This document shows positions 51,008-59,889 of a DNA stretch of 64,000 nucleotides, in pieces. The translations under genes and the position numbers were made by a program. The notes beneath the pieces were generated by a model. That model worked only from the letters and a program-made list of their open reading frames with translations, had not been told where the DNA came from and did not search any database. Each line of letters starts with the position of its first letter. Position 1 is the stretch's first letter. Source of the stretch: Candidatus Hydrogenedentota bacterium (GTDB taxonomy: Bacteria > Hydrogenedentota > Hydrogenedentia > Hydrogenedentales > SLHB01); contig BTVY01000017.1 in assembly GCA_045863335.1 (NCBI GenBank), positions 1 through 64,000 on the forward strand, written 5' to 3'.

Positions 51008-52060
51008 ATGAAACATGAGATTTGGCTATGGTGCGGCGCGCGCGCCTTTCGTCGGATGCATTTTGTATTGGCAGGAGTACTCGTCCTTACGGCGGCAAGC
51101 GGTTGCGCGACGACACGGCAGATTAGCAAGGCAGAAAAAGCATACGAGGCCGGCAACCACCAAGCGGTCCTGGAAAACTTCGAAGAGGTCATTGACACGA
51201 AACCGGAGGTGCTGAACCGGGGCCACCGGCAAGATGAGGTCGCCCACTACCGGGACAGCCAAATCGCGTATGGATTCGACCAGGCAAAACAGGCGGAGGC
51301 CCAGGGCGAACTTGTCCATGCCTGGATTTGGTACATCCAGACGTCGGCGGTGGACGGGGAGCGCGAGGAATGCAAGCAGGCGTTGGACGAAGCAAAACGC
51401 GTGAAGCAGGCCATCGCAGATCGCTACATGGAAGAGGCGTCGAACGCCCTCGCTCGTGGGGCCAGAGTGGAAGCCGCGACCGCCGCCAGCCAAAGTGTAT
51501 GGTACGGCAACGATGCCGCCCGCGATCTGTTCCGAGAAGCCTCCCAAAGCCAGGAATTGCCGCCTTGGTTTGAGGGAGATATCACGAATGCCGACGTCCA
51601 GGGTGTCGTGCGGACCGACAGCATCGAGCGATTCCAGATTCGCGAAGTATTTGCGCCGTACGGTATCCCGGTGTATTTCGGCGAACCGCCCCGCTACTAC
51701 GTATCCATGGGTGAAATGAAGGTTGAAGGCACGCACTACACGAGAGAGGCCCCCGCGGAGTTTGCCCAATACGATGCTCTTTTCAAGATGAGCCGCAAGG
51801 CCAAGAAGAAAGGCGCTGACGCGATTATCAACGTGCAGTTCTGGACGAAGCGCAAAAAGCCATTCACACGGGGCGAGTTTGTCAAGTTTGCCGTGCTTCC
51901 GGAAGACAACGGCGATACAAAAGAAGCGATCACGCGTATCGGCGACGGCGGCCTGCCCGTGGAATCGATTGTCGCTGCCTTCGCCGGTTCGGCCGGCGCC
52001 GAATCGGCCGCTGAAGCGGATGCTTCATCTGGAATTACCGTGTCGGAGGCATCGCAATGA
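51008..52060 (+). CDS. Lipoprotein with TPR-like helices and a C-terminal YbjQ/UPF0145-like domain
   Basis: Lipobox ASGC; KAKKKGADAIINVQF motif. Confidence 0.55.
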   Translation: MKHEIWLWCGARAFRRMHFVLAGVLVLTAASGCATTRQISKAEKAYEAGNHQAVLENFEEVIDTKPEVLNRGHRQDEVAHYRDSQIAYGFDQAKQAEAQGELVHAWIWYIQTSAVDGEREECKQALDEAKRVKQAIADRYMEEASNALARGARVEAATAASQSVWYGNDAARDLFREASQSQELPPWFEGDITNADVQGVVRTDSIERFQIREVFAPYGIPVYFGEPPRYYVSMGEMKVEGTHYTREAPAEFAQYDALFKMSRKAKKKGADAIINVQFWTKRKKPFTRGEFVKFAVLPEDNGDTKEAITRIGDGGLPVESIVAAFAGSAGAESAAEADASSGITVSEASQ

Positions 52061-52716
52061 TTCGCATAGCTTTGTTCAGTCCCGGAAGCTGTCGTTCGGT
52101 TTTGATGCTGTCCGGGCTACTGGTCCTGGCGCTGGGTTGTGCGTCGGGCGGCGGGACGGCGACTCCGGCTGCTCCGCAATCCTCGAAGTACCAAGACGTG
52201 GATCGGGATTCGGGCCTTCGCGTTACCGAGATCGAAGCCCAAGACATTTCCGCCGCGGCACAACACTTCGTACGAAGCATGCTGGCAGATGACGATGTCA
52301 TGGGGTACGGCAGCGCTCCACACGTGGTGATGGAAGCGGAAGATTTTGTTGTGAATGTATCCGGGCGGCTCAACAAGGAAATGCTCATTTCTCGCCTTCG
52401 AGGTGTCATGGATCAGGAAGCAAAAGGACAGATGATTCTAGTGACACGGGAACAAATGGACCGAATTCTCAAAGAGGCCGAACTCGAACGGCAAGGGCTT
52501 GTCGGCAGTGGAACGCTGCCACGCGCAACGCGAATGTTGGGTTCGGACTTCCTGCTGCGCGGACGTATCGAGGACCACGATACGACGGACGGAACGGCCG
52601 TCGAGAAATTTACCCAGATTTCTATCGAACTCTACGACAAATCAAGTGCGCAAATCGTTTTCAGCGATTTCTACGATTTCAAGAAAAGAGCCGCGATACA
52701 TCCCGCGAATCGATAG
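52057..52716 (+). CDS. LpoB/CsgG-like lipoprotein
   Basis: Lipobox ALGC; VTREQMDRILKEAELERQG and LGSDFLLRGRI motifs. Confidence 0.7.
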   Translation: MIRIALFSPGSCRSVLMLSGLLVLALGCASGGGTATPAAPQSSKYQDVDRDSGLRVTEIEAQDISAAAQHFVRSMLADDDVMGYGSAPHVVMEAEDFVVNVSGRLNKEMLISRLRGVMDQEAKGQMILVTREQMDRILKEAELERQGLVGSGTLPRATRMLGSDFLLRGRIEDHDTTDGTAVEKFTQISIELYDKSSAQIVFSDFYDFKKRAAIHPANR

Positions 52717-52742
52717 CGCCGCACGATGACCTGGAGTTAGCC

Positions 52743-53198
52743 ATGCGAAATTGTCAGTCGGTAGTAAGGTTTCTGATCGTCCCCGTCCTCGTTGTCGGCG
52801 GCCTGTTCGGCTGCCGTTCGACGCCGGACGACGCGAAGGTGCGACAGGAAGCGACCGGTGCGCCGCTTTACGTCGAGCACCCGGCTGTCCAAATTCGCCT
52901 TAACAGCGTTGGCTTCCTGCAACCGTACCTGAACAAGGTCGTGGCCGTGGAACAAACCGGCGCGGACCGCACGGACACAAACTCGTTGCAAGCCTATGCC
53001 GTATTGCGCAATCGAACGGGACAGAACGTCGCCCTGCAAGCGCGAACCCAGTTCTTCTCGACCGAGCGAATACCGTCCGAGGGGCCGGGTGAATGGCGGT
53101 CTGTATTTCTGTCGCCACGATCGGTCGAAACCGTTCGGATGAACTCCATTGGAAAAGACCATGCATACTACTACATCGAAATCCAGGAACATCCATGA
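52743..53198 (+). CDS. YcfL/DUF1425-like lipoprotein
   Basis: Lipobox LFGC; LRNRT...LQARTQFF...W..VFL.P pattern; adjacent to the LpoB-like gene. Confidence 0.65.
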   Translation: MRNCQSVVRFLIVPVLVVGGLFGCRSTPDDAKVRQEATGAPLYVEHPAVQIRLNSVGFLQPYLNKVVAVEQTGADRTDTNSLQAYAVLRNRTGQNVALQARTQFFSTERIPSEGPGEWRSVFLSPRSVETVRMNSIGKDHAYYYIEIQEHP

Positions 53199-54499
53199 GG
53201 TGCCGCGCCATGACCATAGGTAAGATCAGCCGGATTGCGGGTGTCGTCTTGCTGGCCCTGGGATGTGCGACGATTGACCCGACTTCGGCGGCGGCCGCAT
53301 CAAACGAAACTAACGCGCTGGAGCCCTACGAGACAGAGACCCCTCCGGGGACCGTTGCGCCTCCAAAAACAACGATTCCCCGAAGGCCATACCGGCCGGA
53401 CGGCGTGGTTGAACTGCCCGAAGACCGCCCCGGCATCATGGAGTACCTGGAAGCTCAGGAGAAGGCGCGACAGGAGCAGGAGCGCCAGCAGTACGAACTG
53501 GATCGGATGCGGGTAGAGACTGAGTTGCTTAAGGAACTCAATATCTACAATGCGAACGAAAAAGGGGTCTCGAGTTCCAGTCAGTCATCCAATCCTTCCG
53601 GTGCCGCCCTCTCCACGGTTTCCCCGTCTCCGGGGCAAAGGCCTAGCGCGAGCCCGTCGGGTCCACCAGTTTCGGGGCAAGAAGGCTGGGCGGTCATAGT
53701 CGGTGTTTCCAAGTACCAGAAATCCGCATTGGACCTGACGTACGCCGCATCTGACGCGCAACAGCTTTATCGCTGGCTGATCTCGCCGGCGGGCGGAAAC
53801 TACGACGCCGAACGGGTCACATTACTTCTCGACGAGCATGCGACGAAGGCTGAGATCTCCCAGGCAATCCGGGGGCTCGAAAAGGCCCTTCCGGAAGATA
53901 TCGTCGTGTTCTTCTTCTCCGGCCACGGAGCCCCTCTCGATGACACGAGCGACATCCTATACTTTCTCCCATATGAGGCGGACAACGAGAACCTCGCCGA
54001 AACTGGATACAAGATGCGAACTCTGCTGGGCGACCTTCAAGACAATGTCAAAGCGGAGAAGCTCATTGTCGTGGCCGATGCGTGCCATTCCGGAGGCATT
54101 GGTAAGTTGCGCGGCGATCCCCGCGCTATCGTCGTTGAGAAAGTGCAAAAGGAGATGACCAAGAAAGTCAACGACGGTATGCACGAGTTGCTTCGCGGAG
54201 AGGATCGCGCGGAGACGCCGTCACTTGATGGAACCGTTATGTTTACCGCGTCGAACGCGGAAGAGGTGTCTCGCGAAGCGGCCGATTGGGGTGGCGGGGT
54301 GTTTACCCACGCGATGCTGCGGGGTTTGACGGGAAAAGCGGATCAAGATGCGAACGGGCATGTGACAGTTGGAGAACTCTCCGCTTACGTATCCCGCGAA
54401 GTACGGGAAGCAACGAACGATGCGCAGGTGCCGCGCCTTTCCGGGGACGCCGATGCGGAGTTCATTGACCGCGTAACCGTCCGCCTGATTGATGAATAG
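53195..54499 (+). CDS. Caspase-family (peptidase C14) protein with a lipoprotein-like leader
   Basis: LLALGC; WAVIVGVSKY; FFFSGHG (His) and VADACHSG (Cys); GGVFT and ADQDANGHVT motifs. Confidence 0.9.
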   Translation: MRCRAMTIGKISRIAGVVLLALGCATIDPTSAAAASNETNALEPYETETPPGTVAPPKTTIPRRPYRPDGVVELPEDRPGIMEYLEAQEKARQEQERQQYELDRMRVETELLKELNIYNANEKGVSSSSQSSNPSGAALSTVSPSPGQRPSASPSGPPVSGQEGWAVIVGVSKYQKSALDLTYAASDAQQLYRWLISPAGGNYDAERVTLLLDEHATKAEISQAIRGLEKALPEDIVVFFFSGHGAPLDDTSDILYFLPYEADNENLAETGYKMRTLLGDLQDNVKAEKLIVVADACHSGGIGKLRGDPRAIVVEKVQKEMTKKVNDGMHELLRGEDRAETPSLDGTVMFTASNAEEVSREAADWGGGVFTHAMLRGLTGKADQDANGHVTVGELSAYVSREVREATNDAQVPRLSGDADAEFIDRVTVRLIDE

Positions 54500-54508
54500 C
54501 GGAATCCG

Positions 54509-54640
54509 TCAGGGAATCGGGAGCGACACCGGCAGGGCGAGATGCTGGAAATACATGAACGTCATGTCGTTCGCGAGCGCAATCATGATCATGATGCCGA
54601 TCGCAAATAGGGCAGTGATCAATACGTATTCTAGCGCCAT
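54509..54640 (-). CDS. Small Flp/Tad pilin-like protein (43 aa; not in the ORF track)
   Basis: Hand translation MALEYVLITALFAIGIMIMIALANDMTFMYFQHLALPVSLPIP; EY motif plus hydrophobic helix; GAAGGA RBS. Confidence 0.65.
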   Translation of the reverse strand: MALEYVLITALFAIGIMIMIALANDMTFMYFQHLALPVSLPIP

Positions 54641-54677
54641 GATGAGGTTCCTTCATACCGTAACCGGGAGGCCGTTT

Positions 54678-55595
54678 GTGCATCGCATTATTGCTGGATA
54701 CCCGCGGAAACGCAAGCGGAATAGGGTCGCTGCCGAGTTCCTAATCCTATTGTGGTTTGTGTTTGGCGTTTGTTCCGCTGGCGCAGTTGCCCCGGCGGGG
54801 CACCAATCGCTCCGGGTGGCGTTGAATGGCGTGGCGGCGCCACCCGTTGCGCCAACTGCGTCAACGGCACTTCCAACCACGCCGCAAGACGTGGTGGCAC
54901 GTGTCGTCGCCGAGAAGAGCGACTGGTTCGAGTGGGTCGGGACGAGCGACGCCCCGGACGTGGTGGTGGACATCGCAGACCACCTAGATTCCGAGACCGG
55001 AGCATCGACTTGGGCCATGCGCGTGACGTCTCGCCTCGAAACGACCCAAGAAAAGAATGTGCCAGAACATTTTCCCGCGATTATTGCTATTGAACCGTTC
55101 CTTCGAATTGAGTTGCGGCGGCTGTACACCATCAAGAATCTAGCGGTCCTTGATCGTTCGGACGTACCGATCCGCTTCGGTCTGGTCGAATCGAATTCGA
55201 AAGTGCTCCAAGAAGGCAGCGAAGTCCGGTTTCGGTTCTTGTCCCCTGTTGCCGGATATATCAGCCTCGTCAATGTGGACGCGGCCGGGAACATGCATGT
55301 CATATTTCCAATCGGAGACGAGTCGAACAAAGTTAGGGCTAACGAGGAACTTGTCATCCCGCCGAGCGACCCATCGGAAGCAACCTACAAATACACAGTA
55401 GGCGGCGATCAGTTCGGTCGCGAGTACGTCAAGGTAGTCTTTTCCACGGTCCCATTGCAGATCAAAGGTGAGTTTACGGAACCGAGCGCCTACGTCAGCC
55501 GGGTGAAGTCGGACTTGGAAGGGTATCGCGACCCGCTCATTCGAATCGCGACCCAGAGCGTCTCCTACACCACGGAACCGAAGAACGGACGTTAG
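54678..55595 (+). CDS. Secreted DUF4384-domain protein
   Basis: GGGAGG RBS before GTG; signal peptide; GSEVRFRF...GYISLVNVDAAGNMHVIFP...GREYVKVVFS. Confidence 0.75.
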   Translation: MHRIIAGYPRKRKRNRVAAEFLILLWFVFGVCSAGAVAPAGHQSLRVALNGVAAPPVAPTASTALPTTPQDVVARVVAEKSDWFEWVGTSDAPDVVVDIADHLDSETGASTWAMRVTSRLETTQEKNVPEHFPAIIAIEPFLRIELRRLYTIKNLAVLDRSDVPIRFGLVESNSKVLQEGSEVRFRFLSPVAGYISLVNVDAAGNMHVIFPIGDESNKVRANEELVIPPSDPSEATYKYTVGGDQFGREYVKVVFSTVPLQIKGEFTEPSAYVSRVKSDLEGYRDPLIRIATQSVSYTTEPKNGR

Positions 55596-55643
55596 TGGCG
55601 AAGAACCGAATCCGTGGAACAGGGGCAGTAAAGGAGAAGGTCA

Positions 55644-56696
55644 TTGAAGGTGGAACAGCCTGCCGGCTTTCGGCTAATCCGTATCTGCGCGTTGTATCTG
55701 CTCGCAATCACGTGTCTATGCGGTTTCGCGTTCTCGCAAGACAATTCCGAGGACAACGAAGTGGACCAACAACTCACTCCACATCAAAAGAGGCTATTGG
55801 AAATCCTGGCCTTTGGAAACGAGTTTCGAGTCCTGGCTGCGGGAGATAGCTTTGGGACGATCGAGGCGTTTGCATCCCCGGACTTTCGGGGCCAATGGGC
55901 AACAGAAATCAAGCCCCAATTTGATGGGGATTCCGTGCTGCTTGAAGACTTCTTCTCGTCTGCGGTTCTGTTTGCGGGACGAATTGGACCCACCCGTTGC
56001 ATCCTGGTTTTCTACAATCCGTGGAGCGATGCTGCATTCTGTATGGGCGCGGATTTCGGCGAACACACCATCCTCGATGGCGCAATCCTGGCGGGCGAAC
56101 GGCTCCGTGGCGAACCGATCAACGAGAAGGCAGTCATGCCGTCATGGCAGCGCGTGGACGCCACGATCGCGGAAGGGATGGCAAAGGTGTACGTCGAGAC
56201 CGAAAAGGCGATTTCGCGCCTCTACCCGCCCACGGACAGTTACCAGCTTCTCCCCCTCTCCTTAAAGGCCTCACTTGAGCCACTCGACGTGGAGGTCTTG
56301 CCAGTGATCTTTCGCATGCGCGCCCGCATGACGATGTTCCAGGACTTTCTGTCGCCCGAGCCGGGCAGTTTCGGCGCAGAGGCGCTGGCGAATGTCGGTA
56401 GTGTGCTGGAAGCCGTGCAGGAAGGGGATAAGGAGACCTTTTTGGCGCTTACACAAGTGGATGAAACAGAAACCGCTACAGAGAACCTATTCGAGTTACC
56501 GGAATTAGTCCGGTCCCGCATGGCGCCGAATTTCTTCCTGACACGGCCTGGAGAGGGCGCGATTGCGGGCCTAGTGAATCCGGAAACACCGCAGTGGTTC
56601 GTGGTGCTTACGTTGGAGACAGGTGCATCCGGACCCGTGACCACCCGCGCCGATGTATACAAATTCGATCTGTTGCATATTTTGCTGAATGGGTGA
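55644..56696 (+). CDS. Secreted hypothetical protein
   Basis: AAGGAG RBS; signal peptide ending GFAFSQ; no recognised domain. Confidence 0.7.
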   Translation: MKVEQPAGFRLIRICALYLLAITCLCGFAFSQDNSEDNEVDQQLTPHQKRLLEILAFGNEFRVLAAGDSFGTIEAFASPDFRGQWATEIKPQFDGDSVLLEDFFSSAVLFAGRIGPTRCILVFYNPWSDAAFCMGADFGEHTILDGAILAGERLRGEPINEKAVMPSWQRVDATIAEGMAKVYVETEKAISRLYPPTDSYQLLPLSLKASLEPLDVEVLPVIFRMRARMTMFQDFLSPEPGSFGAEALANVGSVLEAVQEGDKETFLALTQVDETETATENLFELPELVRSRMAPNFFLTRPGEGAIAGLVNPETPQWFVVLTLETGASGPVTTRADVYKFDLLHILLNG

Positions 56697-56718
56697 AAAG
56701 ACAGGGGGCGGTATTACG

Positions 56719-57699
56719 ATGTTTAACGGCACGCGCTTCCCGGTGTACCTAGTGGTCGTGCTCGCACTGGGGCTTCTTCCCTATGTGCAGCCCGCATTCC
56801 TTCCGGCCGCTTCCGCTCAGGGCGTACAGAACGGCTCCCTAACGCAAGGTAGTACGCTGCAGGAAGCCCGAATCCACCCCGACAGCTCTCCGTCGCGAAT
56901 TCGAACCGCCCTCCCCCGCACGACGAGCAACAAGACGTTCCTGGACCACCTTGCTACGGCCACGAAAGCCGGGAAAATCATTACCAAGGTTGGTGAATTT
57001 GAAACGAAGAAGACCGAGCTCCTGGTCAACACGGTCGAGACGCTGGACAAGCTCTCAGATGCGGCGCTCGATGCAGATCAGGTACAAGAGTTAATCAAGA
57101 AGATTGAGAAGCGCGGCGCCTTTGGCAAGTGGGTGGGTGCCATCGCCAAGGTCGTTGATCTGGCGGACATCGCAACGCGCATCGCAAAGAAGCACCAAGA
57201 TGAAGGCCGGGTTGAGGCGCTAAACCTCGCCGTGAAGGAAGCAATAAAGTTCGGCGCAAAGAAATTGGCAGGCATGGGCGGCAAGTACGCCGGCCACACT
57301 GTCGGTGGGGCGGGCGCGACCGCGCTTACCGGTGGGGTGCCCGGCCCTCACACGGTGGCCGGAGCCGTGGCAGCGGGGTACCTCGGAGAAGAAATCAGCA
57401 AATTGGCCGCGGGAAAACTTGTAGACGAATTCTACGAGCCGTTGCTCGGCAAAATCGTACGGAAATACATACGCGAGTGGCTGGGAGACGATGGAAGGCC
57501 GCCGTCTCGCCGCGACCCCATACAACCCGTGCCGACGCCTGGGATTCAGGCAACGAGACCGCCGCCGGAGTCGGAGTTCGAAACTAACGCCAACCATGCG
57601 GACGGTGGCGAATACGATGGACCGAGTCTAGGAGACACGGCCCAAGGCGACGACTGGTACAACCAGTACCTCCGCGATCGGTTCTCAAGCTCAAAATGA
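56719..57699 (+). CDS. Secreted hypothetical protein with a glycine zipper
   Basis: Signal peptide (ASAQ); helical body; GGKYAGHTVGGAGATALTGG...AGAVAAGYLG. Confidence 0.65.
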   Translation: MFNGTRFPVYLVVVLALGLLPYVQPAFLPAASAQGVQNGSLTQGSTLQEARIHPDSSPSRIRTALPRTTSNKTFLDHLATATKAGKIITKVGEFETKKTELLVNTVETLDKLSDAALDADQVQELIKKIEKRGAFGKWVGAIAKVVDLADIATRIAKKHQDEGRVEALNLAVKEAIKFGAKKLAGMGGKYAGHTVGGAGATALTGGVPGPHTVAGAVAAGYLGEEISKLAAGKLVDEFYEPLLGKIVRKYIREWLGDDGRPPSRRDPIQPVPTPGIQATRPPPESEFETNANHADGGEYDGPSLGDTAQGDDWYNQYLRDRFSSSK

Positions 57700-57739
57700 T
57701 GCGGTTTGGGCGTAGCATACGGAGGCGACAAGAGCGATC

Positions 57740-58729
57740 ATGAAGACGGCAAGACTAACATGCGCAGTTATTCTGGGTTTCGTGGTTTCCGCGACGTCGC
57801 TCATTGCGCAGGCAGACGAGAAGTCGGCCCAACGAAGTGAGGCCGAGGCATTGGTGTCGAAGGGTATTGCCCTGAGCGACGGGTCACAGCAAGAGGAAGA
57901 GCTTTATCTTCAGGCCTACTCGCTCGACCCTACCTATACGAAGCCCCTGTTCAACCTGGGGCTCGTCTACACTGATCGGCGTCTCTATAATCTTGCGATT
58001 ACCTATTTCAAGCAATACGAAATGCTTGAGGTAGACTCGCTGGGCGTCTTGTACCAATTGGGCGCCTGCTACGATAATCTGGATGGCACGGAGAAAGCCG
58101 TCGACTACTACACCCAGTATCTGGACGCGGCTAAAGGCTCCAACGATCCCGAAGAAACCATGTACATGGAAGCTGCCGCGACCGCGCTGCGCCGCCTCGA
58201 TCCTTCGGCCGGTACATCGTATCGGGAATATATCGAGCACATCGTGAAAGTTCATAACGCCGCGACAGGCAAGGAGATTGACGCGATCCTGAGTCGCCCC
58301 CGAGTACGTGGAATGTACAAGTACGATGGGCCGCGACTCATGAAGAATATCCAGTTTGAACAGGATTCGGCAGAGTTGCTCCCGGAAGCGCGCGCGATGC
58401 TGGATCAAGTTGGCGAAAGGCTCGTCGCCGAGACACTGGCAGACAACAAGATCGGAATCGAGGGCCATACGAGCACGGAGGGCGACGAACCTTACAACAT
58501 GGGCCTGTCAGAGGCTCGCGCAAACGCGGTAAAAGAATACTTGCGCGAAAGGTTCAATATTCCCGCCGAACGACTCGACGTGTCCGCATATGGTGAATCA
58601 GTACCGCTGATTGCCGAAGATACTACTGAAGATACGCGGCGAATGAACCGCCGGGTTGAGTTCGACAACAAGGGGAGTCTTGAGCTATCGCCGGATTCCT
58701 CCGATCGTAAGAAGGTTGCGCCCCAATAA
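57740..58729 (+). CDS. TPR plus OmpA-like C-terminal domain protein
   Basis: Signal peptide; FNLG and YQLG TPRs; IEGHTS...YNMGLSEARANAV...NRRVEF. Confidence 0.9.
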   Translation: MKTARLTCAVILGFVVSATSLIAQADEKSAQRSEAEALVSKGIALSDGSQQEEELYLQAYSLDPTYTKPLFNLGLVYTDRRLYNLAITYFKQYEMLEVDSLGVLYQLGACYDNLDGTEKAVDYYTQYLDAAKGSNDPEETMYMEAAATALRRLDPSAGTSYREYIEHIVKVHNAATGKEIDAILSRPRVRGMYKYDGPRLMKNIQFEQDSAELLPEARAMLDQVGERLVAETLADNKIGIEGHTSTEGDEPYNMGLSEARANAVKEYLRERFNIPAERLDVSAYGESVPLIAEDTTEDTRRMNRRVEFDNKGSLELSPDSSDRKKVAPQ

Positions 58730-59886
58730 TGACTGAATCGAACGGCGATAACGGGCAACTGCAGGACGTCGCCGCGGCAGTCACCCAGCGCGAGATTTAC
58801 GAACACACTCTCCGGTACTTCTTCCGTTTTGTGGAGGAGCATCTCGACGACGCAACGGTATCGGAAATCATGATCAACGGACCGCGAGAGGTGTATATCG
58901 AGCGGCAAGGCCGCGTGGAAAAATCGCCTCTGAGCTTCCCCGGCCACGAAGCATTGTACGCGTCGGTGAAGAACCTGGCGCAATATGTCGGGCGTGTTCT
59001 GACGCCGGATGTCGCGCGGTTTGACGCCCGATTGCCCGATGGATCTCGAGTCCATGTGACCCTGCCTCCCTGTTCCCGCAATGGCATATGCATCGCCATC
59101 CGGAAGTTCTCAAACGTGAACTTCACGGTCGCCGACTTGGTTTCCCGGGATTCCATCAGCGAAGAAGGCGCCGAGTTTCTTCGGATATGCGTGCTGATGG
59201 AAAAGAACATGCTCGTTTCAGGCGGGACCGGCAGCGGCAAGACCTCATTGTTAAACGCCCTGTCCGGATTCATCCCCAGCACGGATCGAATCCTCGTTCT
59301 CGAGGATTCCAGCGAGTTGCGAATGCAGCAGGAGCACGTTCTATATTACGAGGCAGTTTCGGGCGATAAGCACGGGAAAGGGAGAGTCACAATCCGGGAT
59401 TTGTTTCATTCCGCCCTGCGCATGCGGCCCACGCGCGTCGTCATTGGTGAGATTCGGGGTGGGGAAGCGCTGGACTTGCTCCAGGCCATGACCTCGGGGC
59501 ACAGCGGTTCCATGTCAACGATTCACGCGAACACACCAAAAGACGCGTTGAACCGTTTGGAAACGCTTGCGCTCATGGGCGGCCTCGATCTACCCCTTCG
59601 CGCGATACGGACGCAGGTCGCGTCCGCGATTGACGTCATTGTCCAGATCAGCCGTTTTCGCGATGGTTCCCGTCGTCTCGTAGAGATCGCCGAAGTTCTG
59701 GACCTGGACCCGCAGGGCAACTACCAAACCCGGCCGATGTACGTTTTTGAATTGGAAGGGCGCCCTACCAAGTCGAAAGTCGAAGGCGTCATGCGTTGGA
59801 CGGGCAACTTGCCGACGTTTGCCGAAGAGTTACGCGCTCTCGGCTATTCGGACGAGGTGAATCTGACACGTCAGTTGTTCGACTGA
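58729..59886 (+). CDS. cpaF: CpaF/TadA-family pilus assembly ATPase
   Basis: SEIMING, DARLPDGSRV, GGTGSGKT, LRMRP..VVIGEIRG and GHSGSMSTIHAN motifs. Confidence 0.93.
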   Translation: MTESNGDNGQLQDVAAAVTQREIYEHTLRYFFRFVEEHLDDATVSEIMINGPREVYIERQGRVEKSPLSFPGHEALYASVKNLAQYVGRVLTPDVARFDARLPDGSRVHVTLPPCSRNGICIAIRKFSNVNFTVADLVSRDSISEEGAEFLRICVLMEKNMLVSGGTGSGKTSLLNALSGFIPSTDRILVLEDSSELRMQQEHVLYYEAVSGDKHGKGRVTIRDLFHSALRMRPTRVVIGEIRGGEALDLLQAMTSGHSGSMSTIHANTPKDALNRLETLALMGGLDLPLRAIRTQVASAIDVIVQISRFRDGSRRLVEIAEVLDLDPQGNYQTRPMYVFELEGRPTKSKVEGVMRWTGNLPTFAEELRALGYSDEVNLTRQLFD

Positions 59887-59889
59887 TCG

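Noticed and set aside
54462-54683. 73-aa minus-strand ORF in the track (MHKRPPG...)
   Set aside because: Wrong frame; the pilin-like 43-aa frame has better coding features.
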